The translations under genes were made by a program, and so were the position numbers. Positions 1 through 11,416 of a DNA stretch of 43,235 bases are shown here, piece after piece. The stretch lies in IMG/VR virus record IMGVR_UViG_2645727669_000018; one strand, 5' to 3'. Each line of letters begins with the position of its first letter. Positions within the stretch are counted from its first letter, which is position 1. The stretch is from a virus (Duplodnaviria; Heunggongvirae; Uroviricota; Caudoviricetes). The notes beneath the pieces were generated by a model, which was not told the DNA's origin, made no database searches, and saw only the letters and a list, made by a program, of their open reading frames with translations.

Positions 1-1209
1 ATGTCGGTTTTTCATAACTGGCTGCTTGATATCGCAAGCGGGAATTACTTTATCTACATCAAACGCCTTTCTGCAAACGACACAGGCGCAACAGGTGGCC
101 ATCAGGTCGGACTTTATATCCCCTCAAATATCGTTGAAAAGCTTTTTCCATCTATCAATCATACTCGCGAACTGAACCCTTCAGTCTTCCTTACTGCGCA
201 TGTATCATCCCATGATTGCCCTGATACCCAAGCACGCGCAATTTATTACAACAACCGTTATTTTGGTAAGACCCGAAACGAAAAAAGAATTACGCGCTGG
301 GGGAGAGGAAGTCCATTACAGAACCCTGAAAATACAGGAGCCCTCACAATTCTTGCTTTCAGGTTAAACGAACAGAACACTGACTGTTCCGAGGTAGATA
401 TATGGGTCTGCGTCAATCCCGATGAAGAGGATATCATCGAGTCTGCTATTGGCGAAATCATACCTGGAACCCTAATTTCCGGCCCTGCCGGACAAATTTT
501 GGGCGGATTGTCTCTTCAGCAAACTCCAGTAAATCATAAATATGTTATTCCTGAAGACTGGAAGAAGCGTTTTCCTTCTGGAAACGAAATTATTCAATAT
601 GCTGCTGGCCATTATGCTAAAAACTCCAAGGATCCAGATGAGCAACTGATTGACCGTCGGCGTGTCGAGTATGATATTTTTCTACTCGTCGAGGAATTAC
701 ATGTTCTTGATATTATTAAGAAAGGATTCGATTCTGTAGATGAGTTTATTGCATTAGCCAACTCTGTCAGTAATCGACGTAAATCAAGGGCAGGTAAATC
801 ACTTGAACTTCACCTAGAGAAGCTTTTTATCGAGCACGGACTACGGCATTTCTCCACTCAGGCAGTTACTGAAGGTAATAAAAAACCAGATTTCCTGTTT
901 CCTTCAGCAGAGGCATATCATAACGTTGAATTTCCTGTAGAAAACTTACGTATGCTGGCAGTAAAGACCACCTGCAAAGATCGCTGGCGTCAGATACTGA
1001 ATGAAGCAGATAAAATCCATCAGGTACATTTATTTACGCTGCAAGAAGGTGTTTCTTCAGCACAATACCGGGAAATGAAAGATGCGGGTGTCAGACTCGT
1101 TGTACCATCAACTTTACATAAAAAATACCCAGAAGCAGTTAGAGAAGAATTAATAACGCTCGGAGCATTCATTACTGAGCTGATAGAACTTTACGCTGAA
1201 CTATCATAG
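1..1209 (+). CDS. ecoRIIR: Type IIE restriction endonuclease, EcoRII-like (CCWGG-type)
   Basis: 402-aa ORF beginning at window base 1; sequence recognised from memory as very close to EcoRII along its whole length (N-terminal effector domain plus C-terminal catalytic domain); convergent with a Dcm-type cytosine methyltransferase as in the EcoRII system. Not searched. Confidence 0.8.
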   Translation: MSVFHNWLLDIASGNYFIYIKRLSANDTGATGGHQVGLYIPSNIVEKLFPSINHTRELNPSVFLTAHVSSHDCPDTQARAIYYNNRYFGKTRNEKRITRWGRGSPLQNPENTGALTILAFRLNEQNTDCSEVDIWVCVNPDEEDIIESAIGEIIPGTLISGPAGQILGGLSLQQTPVNHKYVIPEDWKKRFPSGNEIIQYAAGHYAKNSKDPDEQLIDRRRVEYDIFLLVEELHVLDIIKKGFDSVDEFIALANSVSNRRKSRAGKSLELHLEKLFIEHGLRHFSTQAVTEGNKKPDFLFPSAEAYHNVEFPVENLRMLAVKTTCKDRWRQILNEADKIHQVHLFTLQEGVSSAQYREMKDAGVRLVVPSTLHKKYPEAVREELITLGAFITELIELYAELS

Positions 1210-1214
1210 GCTGA

Positions 1215-1237
1215 CTCCCGGCTTAAAAGGCCGGGAG
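1215..1237. terminator. Stem-loop between convergent R and M genes (possible bidirectional terminator)
   Basis: 8-bp inverted repeat ctcccggc/gccgggag with 7-nt loop in the 34-bp gap between the two stop codons; no clear T-tract. Confidence 0.35.
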
Positions 1238-1243
1238 GTGTTC

Positions 1244-2677
1244 TCAAGGCTGCCCAGTCTTACCAGCATCAGCAGAAACAGCTTTGAGGATATAGGGTTC
1301 CAGAAGTCTGGCAACGGCTTCAAATACTGGCACCACAACGGAGTTACCGAACTGCCGATATGACTGAGTATCTGAAACCGGAATACGGAATGGTTTCCCT
1401 CCAGGTTTTTCAAACCCCATAAGGCGTGCGCACTCTCGGGGAGTCAGCCTGCGTGGTCGACGAGCCTGGTTACTCTCATTCATAAAGTCAGCCTCTCCCG
1501 TTGCCATATCCCAACCACGATCAATAAGAATTTCTGATCCGTCTTTGTGATATCTGGCAGAAAGTGTGCGTGCAATGCTTTCCTTATTCTCAGGATTGAC
1601 CAACCCAAAGCCAAAACCATTCCCCTTGGCTGCATGCTTTTTGGCGTAGTTATAAAGGTACTCCCATAGTTTTGGCGTAAGTATATATTTACTGTCGACT
1701 ACAGGCTCCAGCAATTCACCAAATGATGGGCGGTGTTCCGGATAAAAACGACTGATATCACGCAAGGTAAACCCCTTGTGAATATTCAGATCTCGTCTAA
1801 ATCCGACCAGAACAATGCGTTCACGATGCTGAGGCAAAAAATGCTTCCCATCGATAATCTTTGGATCGTTTTTTCCCATTTCTGCAGCATCGGCAACTTC
1901 GTAGCCCAGCTCGTCAAGGGTCTCCATAATGACTTTGAAAGTTTTACCCTTATCATGGCTCTTCAGATTTTTGACATTTTCCAGCACAAAAATTGCCGGT
2001 TTTTTTGCTCGTATAATACGTGCCACGTCAAAAAAAAGTGTTCCTTGTGCTTCACATTCAAAACCATGCGCACGACCAAGTGAGTTTTTCTTACTAACAC
2101 CAGCAAGGCTAAATGGCTGGCACGGGAACCCCGCAAGAAGCACATCATGATCCGGCACATGCTCATCAATATATGCATAAGCATCCGTTTCCAATACATC
2201 GGTTTTATCACTCAGCGTGACTTCCCGAATATCGAGATTGAATTTATGCACCTGTTCATCGTTAAACCAGTTGGCCTTGTATGTACGCACAGCATCTTTA
2301 TTCCATTCACTGGTAAAAACACACTGGCCTCCAATGGCCTCAAAACCTTTCCGTATCCCTCCAATTCCAGCAAATAAGTCAATGAAGCGGAAAGCATATT
2401 CCGGATGGTTTGCAGGTGGTTCTGGTAGCATCTTACGCAGAAGAGACTCTTCTACTGAAGTCAACGATTTTGGTAAACACTTGCCATTAATCCAGCGGTT
2501 GATGGTTTCACGGCTCCACTCATTTTTTCCGACTTTTCTCAGTAATTCAGCCACATACTTCTGATCATAGATTTCCAGCACTTTCTCGATAAGCTTTTTA
2601 TCATTTTCCTGTCGCAGCTTTTCTTCCGCCTCGGCTTCCTTCAGCAGATGCTGTGCCAACACTTCAAATTCAGACAT
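1244..2677 (-). CDS. ecoRIIM: DNA (cytosine-5)-methyltransferase, M.EcoRII/Dcm-like
   Basis: C5-MTase motifs in translation: [10 protein letters not shown] (motif I), GFPCQPFS (catalytic Cys, motif IV), FVLENV (motif VI), QFGNSV (motif X). Start moved from ORF-track 2719 to ATG 2677, which has GGAGG 5 nt upstream and gives 477 aa. Confidence 0.9.
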   Translation of the reverse strand: MSEFEVLAQHLLKEAEAEEKLRQENDKKLIEKVLEIYDQKYVAELLRKVGKNEWSRETINRWINGKCLPKSLTSVEESLLRKMLPEPPANHPEYAFRFIDLFAGIGGIRKGFEAIGGQCVFTSEWNKDAVRTYKANWFNDEQVHKFNLDIREVTLSDKTDVLETDAYAYIDEHVPDHDVLLAGFPCQPFSLAGVSKKNSLGRAHGFECEAQGTLFFDVARIIRAKKPAIFVLENVKNLKSHDKGKTFKVIMETLDELGYEVADAAEMGKNDPKIIDGKHFLPQHRERIVLVGFRRDLNIHKGFTLRDISRFYPEHRPSFGELLEPVVDSKYILTPKLWEYLYNYAKKHAAKGNGFGFGLVNPENKESIARTLSARYHKDGSEILIDRGWDMATGEADFMNESNQARRPRRLTPRECARLMGFEKPGGKPFRIPVSDTQSYRQFGNSVVVPVFEAVARLLEPYILKAVSADAGKTGQP

Positions 2678-2984
2678 AATTCCTCCAAGGGGTCTAATGG
2701 GTGAAACTCTATCACTCATTCAACCCAGAAGGAAATGTTTTATCTGGATATTTAAACAGTGACTACAACGTAATCTAGCACTGGTGATGCTTTGTTAGGC
2801 ATAGAGAATCATTCTATATACGACTAATGACAGAAAAACAGCAGACAAGTAGTTTGTTCATAAATTAACGCATACTACGTGCCTACGGTTTTCGAGACCG
2901 GTCCAATCATCAAACGAAACATAAAATTAGCTCACATTATGAGGAAAAGTATCTTTTTTGTACTATGTAAATTCAAAGGCTTAG

Positions 2985-3854
<870 letters not shown>

Positions 3855-3911
3855 GTCTTTAAGTGATAAGCATAAACCGCAGCACGATCTTGCATACGAC
3901 GTGCTACGGTT

Positions 3912-4466
3912 TCATTTATCTCCGACCGGAAACTTCTTATACAGTGTCGATATACCAACATCATAGATGATCGCCACCTTCTGGCGAGGAACGCCTGATG
4001 CAATTAATCGCCCGGCCTGCGCCCATTGTTCTGGTGTAAGTTTGGGACGACGTCCACCAATTCGTCCCTGTGCGCGAGCAGCTTCCAGTCCAGCTTTTGT
4101 TCGTTCAACAATCAGTTCTCGTTCCATTTCAGCCAGGGCACCCATCACATGAAAGAAAAAACGCCCCATCGGTGTGCTGGTATCAATAGCATCCGTCAGG
4201 CTGCGAAAATTAACGCCACGTTCGCGCAACTCCTCAACCAGAATGACCAGATGCCGCATACTACGCCCTAGCCGATCCAGCTTCCAGACAACCAGAGTGT
4301 CACCTGCCGATAATGTCCTGAGCAGTTTTTTCAATCCCGGCCTTTCGGACTTTGTACCGCTTATCTTGTCTTCAAAAATCAGCTCGCATCCTGCACAGTT
4401 CAGCGCATTACGTTGTAGATCTGTGTTCTGGTCATTTGTTGACACACGTACATAGCCAATAAGCAT
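3912..4466 (-). CDS. pin: Serine DNA invertase, Pin/Gin/Hin/Cin family
   Basis: MLIGYVRVSTNDQ...WKLDRLGRS serine-recombinase catalytic motifs and C-terminal HTH; 184 aa from ATG 4466 with GGGAG-type SD upstream; adjacent to an invertible tail-fibre segment. Confidence 0.9.
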   Translation of the reverse strand: MLIGYVRVSTNDQNTDLQRNALNCAGCELIFEDKISGTKSERPGLKKLLRTLSAGDTLVVWKLDRLGRSMRHLVILVEELRERGVNFRSLTDAIDTSTPMGRFFFHVMGALAEMERELIVERTKAGLEAARAQGRIGGRRPKLTPEQWAQAGRLIASGVPRQKVAIIYDVGISTLYKKFPVGDK

Positions 4467-4520
4467 GGTAGATCTCCCTGACAAAAGCAGGAATGATGCC
4501 ATTTGCTCGTTATTTCTGCA

Positions 4521-4546
4521 TTTTCATAAACGTTGGTTTGGGAGAA
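4521..4546. repeat. hix/gix-like 26-bp recombination site (invertase-proximal boundary)
   Basis: Reverse complement reads ttctcccaaaccaacgtttatgaaaa, resembling hixL TTCTTGAAAACCAAGGTTTTTGATAA (from memory); central AA dinucleotide; lies in a 31-bp perfect inverted repeat (4533-4563 vs 6035-6065). Confidence 0.65.
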
Positions 4547-4900
4547 GCGGCAAAACGGAATGTAGGTAACGAGCAAAACCAAATTCCGGATATGGCGGCG
4601 TTTGCCAGTTCACTTTCATCAACGGGGTTTCAAAAACTCCCTTCAGGTCTGATTATTCAGTGGGGTATTGTCAGTGGAGCATCAAACTATACGGTGACTT
4701 ACCCGGTAACATTCCCAAATCGTTCACTTGCGCTGTTGGCTGTGCCACATACAACGTCGGTGGCTGGTATATCTGCAATGGGCATAGCGAACTGTTCTGA
4801 TATCAGCAAATCACAGTTCTATATAATTGTTGGCGGTATATCTCAGGGAGAAATTGTCAAATATGAAAGGTCCTGTTTTTGGGTAGCAATCGGTGTATAG
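4534..4900 (+). other. Alternative tail-fibre C-terminal coding segment (currently unlinked orientation)
   Basis: Plus-strand ORF encodes [23 protein letters not shown]..., sharing the first 10 residues with the expressed fibre ([23 protein letters not shown]) and then diverging; lacks its own N-terminus. Confidence 0.65.
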
Positions 4901-4908
4901 GTATATCT

Positions 4909-5304
4909 ATGATTTATTTCTCAAAATCGACTAATGGTTTTTTCTTTGATGGTATAAACAGCGACATGCCTGCTGACATTGTTGAGATAAGTACAGACTT
5001 ATACAATGAATTAATTGCCGGACAGCAGGAAGGGGGGGAATTAATCACGTCAGATGAAAATGGTTTACCGGTACTGAAATCTCCGGCGATTGATTATGTC
5101 GCACGTGCTGAAAATCAGCGAATGCAGTTACTTGCTCATGCCGATAATGTCACAGCTGACTGGCGGGTGGAATTAATGCTTGGTGATATCAGCAGTACAG
5201 ATAAAGAAAAACTATCTGCCTGGATGGACTACAAAAAAGAAGTAAAAGCCGTCGACACTTCGACGGCTCCTGAGATTAGCTGGCCTGAGTTACCGGAGGT
5301 GTAG
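4909..5304 (+). CDS. Tail-fibre assembly protein (alternate orientation)
   Basis: 131 aa from ATG 4909; C-terminus ...[16 protein letters not shown] parallels the minus-strand Tfa C-terminus (...[14 protein letters not shown]); follows the alternative fibre segment. Confidence 0.7.
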   Translation: MIYFSKSTNGFFFDGINSDMPADIVEISTDLYNELIAGQQEGGELITSDENGLPVLKSPAIDYVARAENQRMQLLAHADNVTADWRVELMLGDISSTDKEKLSAWMDYKKEVKAVDTSTAPEISWPELPEV

Positions 5305-5695
5305 GCCATTCAATATCTGGCGCACCGGAAGTATCGACCAGTTCCAGTGCGTCCAGGTAATCCAGCCACAAATTATATTGTGCCAGTTCCTCACCTTTCA
5401 GCCGGCCAATAGCCGCTTTACCAGGCCATTGTTTACTGTTCATATAATCGTTGGCCTGTTCAATAAGTATATTTTTCATTCCCTCCGCTTCAGCTATTTC
5501 CTGTTCCTGTGTCTTCGCTGGATATTCAGTAAGTATAGGGTAGTTATCCGGGCTATTGATAATAATTTTCCCCGTACTCTGACCATTCATAAGTTCATAA
5601 TAAAGAGCATCTTCAATATCGAAAGCATCATCGGGAATATCGCTGTTGTTTTCAGAGAAAAATCCCTGAACAGATGGGGACCATTTCATTTTCAT
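5276..5695 (-). CDS. Tail-fibre assembly protein (expressed orientation)
   Basis: 139 aa; start overlaps the fibre stop (ATGA); Tfa-like conserved C-terminus; convergent with and overlapping the alternate tfa gene. Confidence 0.75.
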   Translation of the reverse strand: MKMKWSPSVQGFFSENNSDIPDDAFDIEDALYYELMNGQSTGKIIINSPDNYPILTEYPAKTQEQEIAEAEGMKNILIEQANDYMNSKQWPGKAAIGRLKGEELAQYNLWLDYLDALELVDTSGAPDIEWPTPPVTQAS

Positions 5696-6354
5696 AATTT
5701 CCCAATTCCTAAAATATGGACATCATCAGCCTTACGGGCATTCCAGGTGACAATTACATCGGTAGAGTGACGATTAACTGAGATTGCGTATGCTTCGTTA
5801 GTCGAGCCAGAAACTTTTGTGGCAAACACAGCAAACAGGACACCAAATGACTGGGGCCATTTATAGCCTGACAGCTGATAATTACCATTATTCAGTGTTA
5901 CAGCTTTGGCTGCTGCACTTGATGGAATCGTCAGCCACTGGAGTATCAACCCTCCTGGCAAAAGTTGTTTTCCGTAATAATCCCTCACCCCACTAAATGA
6001 AACCATGTCCGGTATCTGATTTTCCCCTGTGCCCACATTCCGTTTTGCCGCTTCTCCCAAACCAAGGTTTTCGAGAGCCGTTTTCACCGTGCCATCCGAT
6101 TTGATATCGCTAAACGGATTCTTGCGGCTTAACAGCAGCGCACGAAGCGCGGTAAGCAGCTGGTCATGCCGCCCCTTCTCCAGGCTGGCACCGGATGCCT
6201 CCACCACGCTGCAGAGTTCTTCCTGCAACATATCAAAGTAGTCATCATCAAGATCGGTGGCAGGTGTGCCGGTCTGGGGGTTACCACGGGTAAAACCGTT
6301 TTTACCCGCGCCGAACTTATCCTTCTGCGCGGTTTTCGTGTCTATACGATGCAT
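5692..6354 (-). CDS. Side tail-fibre protein (constant N-terminus plus invertible C-terminus)
   Basis: 220-aa ORF spanning the recombination site at 6064/6065; N-terminal about 100 aa outside the segment, C-terminal about 120 aa inside; resembles e14/Mu-type short fibres (from memory). Confidence 0.75.
   Translation of the reverse strand: MHRIDTKTAQKDKFGAGKNGFTRGNPQTGTPATDLDDDYFDMLQEELCSVVEASGASLEKGRHDQLLTALRALLLSRKNPFSDIKSDGTVKTALENLGLGEAAKRNVGTGENQIPDMVSFSGVRDYYGKQLLPGGLILQWLTIPSSAAAKAVTLNNGNYQLSGYKWPQSFGVLFAVFATKVSGSTNEAYAISVNRHSTDVIVTWNARKADDVHILGIGKL
6052..6077. repeat. hix/gix-like 26-bp recombination site (fibre-proximal boundary)
   Basis: ttctcccaaaccaaggttttcgagag; core AAACCAAGGTTTT matches the hix consensus core (from memory); inverted relative to the site at 4521-4546. 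Confidence 0.65.
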
Positions 6355-6357
6355 GGA

Positions 6358-6942
6358 TTACTCCGGATATTTAAAAATTACGTAGGTATGCGACGGGCAG
6401 AGTTTGTTAAGCACACACTCGACAACGGTGTCGCCCCATATACGCAGCGCGGAATCACAGGGATCGCCACATGTCATCCAGGTGGTGTTGGTGGCGGCTG
6501 GCATGTTGATCTGCCAGTAATACCGCCATTCCGGCGCATTCACCTCGTCAGTACAGGCCGATGAGCAGGTGAAGGTGCTTTTGTCGTATCGCGTGATGGT
6601 GGCATCTGGCCTGCCCAGGGCAGCAAGCTGTGCAAGATAAAAATCCTCGTTGATGCCGCCCGCCAGGTTAACCTTCGCATCCAGCCGTTGCTGACGCTGG
6701 CGAAGGGTCTGCGCTCCCGCCGGAATACATTCATCCGGCAGACCGCACAGACGCTCCCAGCGGTTTATCAGTTCAGTGGTGGTGCGCGGATCCAGCTCCC
6801 GCATCAGGGCATCCGCACGCTGATGAACGCGGGTTAATGACGGTGCCGCACCGGCAATCGCCGGATCTCTGGCTGACCACGCCGGACCGGGTGGCAACAG
6901 TGCCGACAACAGACGGATGTAATCATCGTTTGTCACGTCCAT
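6358..6942 (-). CDS. Tail protein, YmfQ/DUF2313-like (Mu gp48 family)
   Basis: 194-aa ORF immediately upstream of the fibre gene; recalled similarity to e14 YmfQ; position matches Mu-like baseplate/fibre connector. Confidence 0.6.
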   Translation of the reverse strand: MDVTNDDYIRLLSALLPPGPAWSARDPAIAGAAPSLTRVHQRADALMRELDPRTTTELINRWERLCGLPDECIPAGAQTLRQRQQRLDAKVNLAGGINEDFYLAQLAALGRPDATITRYDKSTFTCSSACTDEVNAPEWRYYWQINMPAATNTTWMTCGDPCDSALRIWGDTVVECVLNKLCPSHTYVIFKYPE

Positions 6943-7991
6943 GAAATCGTCCCCAGAACCGCCAGTTCATTTTTCGCAATGGAGATATTGTCTGCCGGTG
7001 CAAGCAACTGATGGCTATATTCCCCGTTCGCACCGGAAATCGCCTCACTGATACGCGATACCTTCAGTTCTCCCTGCGGATAACCATCACGCAGAAGAAA
7101 CGAACGCAACTCCGCGGTGATGGCGGCTCGTATTTCTGGTGTGTCCGGCGTCACGCGGATATGAAAATCCACCGTATGTGCCACCGGCCTGAATACATAC
7201 AAATCAGAGCCTGCCACCGGGGCCAGTGGCACGATATGTTGTCTTGCTGCCGTTTCCGTTGATTCTTCCGGAATGGGATTAATCAGGTCACTGCTGGCAA
7301 TCATCACACCGACAGTTCCCGTTCCCATCCAGTGACGGTATGTCCATGCGCGGGTAATGCCGGGCACTTCTTTAGCCCAGACGACATAGTCCCCGTCAGC
7401 CCCGCCCTGAGGCGTCCAGTAATACCGCTCAATGACGCGGGCGCGCCACGTTTCCAGCTCTTCAGTATCAAATCCGCCTGTAAGGGTGTCAGCCACACCG
7501 GAAGACGGCAGACCATTCACCGGCGTGACCAGGATTAATGCCGTACCGTCGTCAGCGTTACCGACCGCACCTGCACTTGAGCAGGCGATCGGCACGCGCA
7601 GGACACCACCGGAGCTGGTTGCATCGGCAGTTGCCGTGTACTGAACCAGGTCATCGCGCTGAATAACACTCCCGGCGGTCACCTTCAGGCCATCGCTGAC
7701 ACCTTCCCAGCGCATATACCCGCTGGCAGCCGTGGCCCCCTTGCGCGGACACCGTTTCATCGCAGCATGTCGCGCCAGCCAGGACTCATCGCACAGGTCA
7801 GGCAGCATGTTCATTGCCAGATAATCGATGTAACCGTAAACCGTATGCAGCGCCGCCGCATACACCTTTGCCCGCACGTCTTCATCCATGCGCCGGAGCG
7901 TGTCGCTGACGTCCAGCCTGGCGAATAAATCGTTACGGAGCATACTGATATTTTCTGCCAGCGTCGGGCGCTGAAATTCACTGTCCGCCAT
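6933..7991 (-). CDS. Baseplate J-like protein (Mu gp47 family)
   Basis: 352 aa; size, position and family pattern typical of baseplate J proteins in Mu-like tail clusters; overlaps neighbours by a few nt (operon packing). Confidence 0.7.
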   Translation of the reverse strand: MADSEFQRPTLAENISMLRNDLFARLDVSDTLRRMDEDVRAKVYAAALHTVYGYIDYLAMNMLPDLCDESWLARHAAMKRCPRKGATAASGYMRWEGVSDGLKVTAGSVIQRDDLVQYTATADATSSGGVLRVPIACSSAGAVGNADDGTALILVTPVNGLPSSGVADTLTGGFDTEELETWRARVIERYYWTPQGGADGDYVVWAKEVPGITRAWTYRHWMGTGTVGVMIASSDLINPIPEESTETAARQHIVPLAPVAGSDLYVFRPVAHTVDFHIRVTPDTPEIRAAITAELRSFLLRDGYPQGELKVSRISEAISGANGEYSHQLLAPADNISIAKNELAVLGTISWT

Positions 7992-8406
7992 GCGTTATCG
8001 CACTCCACAGATCATCAAAAGAAATCATTACCGGTCCGTCACGACGCCAGAGAGTGATACTGTTACCCAGTTCATTAATCCCGGTGCGGCGGATATCCAG
8101 ATCAATACGGGACACCACGCCGTCATCAATCATCCATTGCAGGCATTCGCGGATATACCCCCTTACCGTCTGCACCAGCTGATTGGTCAGTTTGCTGCGC
8201 TGAAGCAGCCACAGTCGGGAGCCGTAACGGTCATTCTGTACCGCAGGCCAGGTATCCCCCCACCATCCCATCGGGACGTCGGCGTTGTCATCAGGCTCCG
8301 CCCGCCGCCAGGTAAACAGGGAAATCACCACGGCGCGGGTCAGCGGATCCAGTTGTGCGCTGGCGCAGGTGCGTTTACCGTTCACCGTCAGCCACAGTTC
8401 CATCAT
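7978..8406 (-). CDS. Baseplate protein, GP46 family
   Basis: 142 aa, between baseplate spike and baseplate J genes as in Mu-like clusters. Confidence 0.55.
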   Translation of the reverse strand: MMELWLTVNGKRTCASAQLDPLTRAVVISLFTWRRAEPDDNADVPMGWWGDTWPAVQNDRYGSRLWLLQRSKLTNQLVQTVRGYIRECLQWMIDDGVVSRIDLDIRRTGINELGNSITLWRRDGPVMISFDDLWSAITHGGQ

Positions 8407-8951
8407 GCCTCCATCGCTTTATCAGGTTTGTCGGTGTTACTGCCCTGACCGTTCTCTCTGTGACGATGCCCGTTATAGGCAAGCCGCATCGCTGACATGG
8501 TGGTGCCGGTGGAGTCGCACAGGTCTTTCACCTGTCCGGTCACTTCTAGGTCCATTTCAAAACGTGCCTTAGGCGCATTGCGAAACGTGATCGTTTTACC
8601 TGCACCGTCCACCACGATCCCCTCCCGGGCCAGCGTCACGGACTGCCCCTGATCGTCATAGACAGCCACCTCACCCGTCTGCAGCCCTTTCAGGCGGTAG
8701 CGCCGGTCCGACACCGTAACAACCACCGCATGAGAACGGTCGCCATCCGGAAACAACACCACCGCTTCCGCACCGCTGTTTGCCCTTGCGGTAAAACCGT
8801 AGGGTTCAAGATGTTCAACCCCGGCTTTGGGTTCACCGGCAATCAGGGACACATCCACGGTCTGACATTTCGTGGCGGCACTGATGCTTTTCACCACTGC
8901 CCGCCCAATCAGGCCGAGGAGTTGTCGCTGCATGGCTTCAATCGTCCTCAT
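8403..8951 (-). CDS. Baseplate assembly/spike protein (gpV-like, Mu gp45 family)
   Basis: 182 aa; conserved position; translation consistent with gpV-type OB-fold spike proteins. Confidence 0.6.
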   Translation of the reverse strand: MRTIEAMQRQLLGLIGRAVVKSISAATKCQTVDVSLIAGEPKAGVEHLEPYGFTARANSGAEAVVLFPDGDRSHAVVVTVSDRRYRLKGLQTGEVAVYDDQGQSVTLAREGIVVDGAGKTITFRNAPKARFEMDLEVTGQVKDLCDSTGTTMSAMRLAYNGHRHRENGQGSNTDKPDKAMEA

Positions 8952-10030
8952 CAGAACGGGTCCTCCTGTACTCTGGCTTTTTTCTTTTTCCGCGCGCCGG
9001 GGGCTTCGGGTTCAGGCAGATAAGCATCAGGTGGGCCGACACGGATTTCCGTCATGGTGCCGTTCTGGTCCTGAGTGAACGTGACTTCCGAGACAAGCAG
9101 TTCGGTATTGTCGAAACCACAGACCGGATCGAAGACAATCACCCGCTGGTTGGGCTGCCACAGCGTACCGTTACCCTGTCGCCAGCCCTGCACCAAATAG
9201 GTGGTTTCATCCGTCCGCGCCGCCCGTTGTCGGGCTTCAAAGTCAGCACGCGCAATACAGCCTGCCCCCGTGGCCTGCCCTGTCTGCCTGATATACATCG
9301 GACGGTAACGGGCAATAAATGCGTCCTCTGTGCGGGCCCGCAGCGCGGTGGTGGTGGCCTCACCGAAATCATCGTCGTTCCCGGCACGCTGCCCCGCCAC
9401 CTGGTAAACAGAAAATCGCTCCCGGATACTCTTCTCCGTATCGCAGGAAAGGATGTTTTCCCCGAGTACCAGCGCAGTATGTGCCCGCGTTGAGCCAATA
9501 CCGCCAATCACCAGCCTGCCGTGCGGGTCGTCGTAAGCCAGTGCCTGCTGCTGACCGAGTATTTTGTTGATTACCTCAATCACCGTTTCACCGTGATCAG
9601 GCTGAACATCAGGAATAACACCCGACGGCGCACCGCTGTTCACCACCTCAATGCCGAAAGGCGCAGCAAGCGCCTGCGCAATCTGCACCAGCGAGCGTCC
9701 GTTAAACTGTGTCGGTTCGGCTGCACAGTCAATCAGGTCAGCCGTCAGACTACGTCCGGCAATACCGGTGCTGACCGAACGGGCATCGTAACGAACGGGA
9801 GTCGCCTCCACCCAGCCGGTGATCACCAGCTCATCACCAATCAGCACTTCCACTTTTGAACCGTTTTTAATGCGCGGCTGAAGCGTGGTGATACCCTCAT
9901 CTCCCGGCCACTGGCGAGTGATCTCCACACTGAAATCCCGCGCCAGCCGTTCAATACCGGCACCGATGCGCACCGATGTCCAGCCATTCCACTCCCGGCC
10001 ATTTACCCGTAGCGTGACATTGTCGTTCAT
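8951..10030 (-). CDS. Tail/baseplate hub protein (Mu gpP / P2 gpD-like)
   Basis: 359 aa directly downstream of the DNA-circulation gene, the position of Mu P; ends in a Lys-rich tail. Confidence 0.55.
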   Translation of the reverse strand: MNDNVTLRVNGREWNGWTSVRIGAGIERLARDFSVEITRQWPGDEGITTLQPRIKNGSKVEVLIGDELVITGWVEATPVRYDARSVSTGIAGRSLTADLIDCAAEPTQFNGRSLVQIAQALAAPFGIEVVNSGAPSGVIPDVQPDHGETVIEVINKILGQQQALAYDDPHGRLVIGGIGSTRAHTALVLGENILSCDTEKSIRERFSVYQVAGQRAGNDDDFGEATTTALRARTEDAFIARYRPMYIRQTGQATGAGCIARADFEARQRAARTDETTYLVQGWRQGNGTLWQPNQRVIVFDPVCGFDNTELLVSEVTFTQDQNGTMTEIRVGPPDAYLPEPEAPGARKKKKARVQEDPF

Positions 10031-11355
10031 TGCACTGGCACCTTCAGAGGGATCACCGGCACAAAGCCGGGATGCGTAATGGCATTACGCCGGATAATGT
10101 CCGCGTCACGCGCCGCGTTATCAAACCAGGTCGCCGCCAGCACCAGCGCGGGTAAAACCTCATCCGGTGTGCGCTGAATGATCCGTGCAGACTGTTCAAG
10201 GCGCGTGTTGATATCCGCATTCAGATCTGCTTTCACCCGGCGCAGCGCCAGAAACAGCGCATCACTGGTTGTACGGGACAACTCCTTATCAATTGCCGTA
10301 TTCAGTGTGTCGCGAATGTCAGTCAGTTCTTCCCACGTCGGCAGGTCAACCGTGTTTTTCACCGCCGGTGCATTGTTCAGTGCCGGATGCGTGACGGAAG
10401 GCCAGCCAGTGCTCTGCGCAGGTGTTGTTGCCTGCCCCACTGCGGAATTCTGCATCACCGCGGAAGTTGTTGGCGCAGGCAATCGGGTGACGGCATACGC
10501 CGCTTCACTGATTGCGGTCGTACGAAGGGTGCTGGCAACCACATTACGCTGCTGCGTAGCCGTGGCGGTGGTTTTACTGTCCGTTTTCCAGACACCGCGC
10601 GGTTGCAGATCGCTGCCGAGGCTGACACCGGAAAGCGTTTTGATCATGGTGACCAGGTCGCTGGCGTTACCATAAAGGCGTTTCCCGGTACGCCACATTT
10701 TCTGCACCTGCTCAACGAGATTTTTGCCTGACGATGGTGGCGGCAGAAGTACCGAGATATCCCCCTGCAACAGCCTGGCAGCATCCGATACGGCAGAATC
10801 CACCACTTTCATCGCATCAGAAACATACCCAAGCATTGTGCTGACATTACCAACGACGTCGTTCTGCACGAAATCCGCCACGCCATCGATACTGAAACCT
10901 CTGAAGCTGTCACTGATGCAGTCATCCAGTGCAGAACAGGATGACATCAGCGTCTGCGCCGTCGCCGCACCTGAAGTGGGGTAAGAGAGTTCTCCCGCTT
11001 CGACAAACTTCAGGTCAAAGCGGACAATACGCCCTTCACTCTTCGATGTGCTGACCCGAACTTCCCCGTCAACACAGACTTTCAGCTCACCATATGTCGG
11101 GTGGACAAGCGTGCCGGGACCGGGTTTATTCAGCGCTTCAATCAGGCGATCTCGCTGGTCAAAGCAGTCATCTCCCACCACATAAGCTGTGATGGACGGG
11201 CGGAAAGTGACTTTTCCCAGATCTTCGGTATAGGGTTTGTCGCGGTTCGGGTATTCATGTGTTTCCACACGGCGACCGGTTCCCGCACTTTCTTCTTCAA
11301 CCTTAAACGGCACACCTCGAAATGACGCATCCTGAAGCCTGTCTTTCCACGTCAT
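10027..11355 (-). CDS. DNA circulation protein (Mu gp43/N-like)
   Basis: 442 aa from ATG 11355 (GGAG 5 nt upstream) rather than the GTG at 11361; between tape-measure and baseplate genes. Confidence 0.65.
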   Translation of the reverse strand: MTWKDRLQDASFRGVPFKVEEESAGTGRRVETHEYPNRDKPYTEDLGKVTFRPSITAYVVGDDCFDQRDRLIEALNKPGPGTLVHPTYGELKVCVDGEVRVSTSKSEGRIVRFDLKFVEAGELSYPTSGAATAQTLMSSCSALDDCISDSFRGFSIDGVADFVQNDVVGNVSTMLGYVSDAMKVVDSAVSDAARLLQGDISVLLPPPSSGKNLVEQVQKMWRTGKRLYGNASDLVTMIKTLSGVSLGSDLQPRGVWKTDSKTTATATQQRNVVASTLRTTAISEAAYAVTRLPAPTTSAVMQNSAVGQATTPAQSTGWPSVTHPALNNAPAVKNTVDLPTWEELTDIRDTLNTAIDKELSRTTSDALFLALRRVKADLNADINTRLEQSARIIQRTPDEVLPALVLAATWFDNAARDADIIRRNAITHPGFVPVIPLKVPVQ

Positions 11356-11365
11356 ATACACTCCG

Positions 11366-11397
11366 AAAATAAAAAAGCCACCTATTAGAAGGTGGCC
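11366..11397 (-). terminator. Rho-independent terminator downstream of the tail-cluster moron
   Basis: Minus-strand RNA ggccaccuu-cuaau-aggugg followed by UUUUUUAUUUU; 7-bp GC-rich stem; abuts the SD of the next late gene. Confidence 0.7.
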
Positions 11398-11416
11398 TTG
11401 TAATGAATTTTATTAA

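Larger units (their letters stand above)
4534..6064. other. Invertible DNA segment (tail-fibre host-range switch), about 1.5 kb
   Basis: Bounded by the 31-bp perfect inverted repeats; contains two divergently oriented sets of fibre C-terminal coding sequence plus tail-fibre assembly gene; invertase gene immediately outside. Confidence 0.75.

Noticed and set aside
1204-1413. 69-aa minus-strand ORF spanning the R/M junction
   Set aside because: Lies entirely within the 3' end of the methyltransferase gene in another frame and crosses the inter-gene hairpin; shadow ORF.
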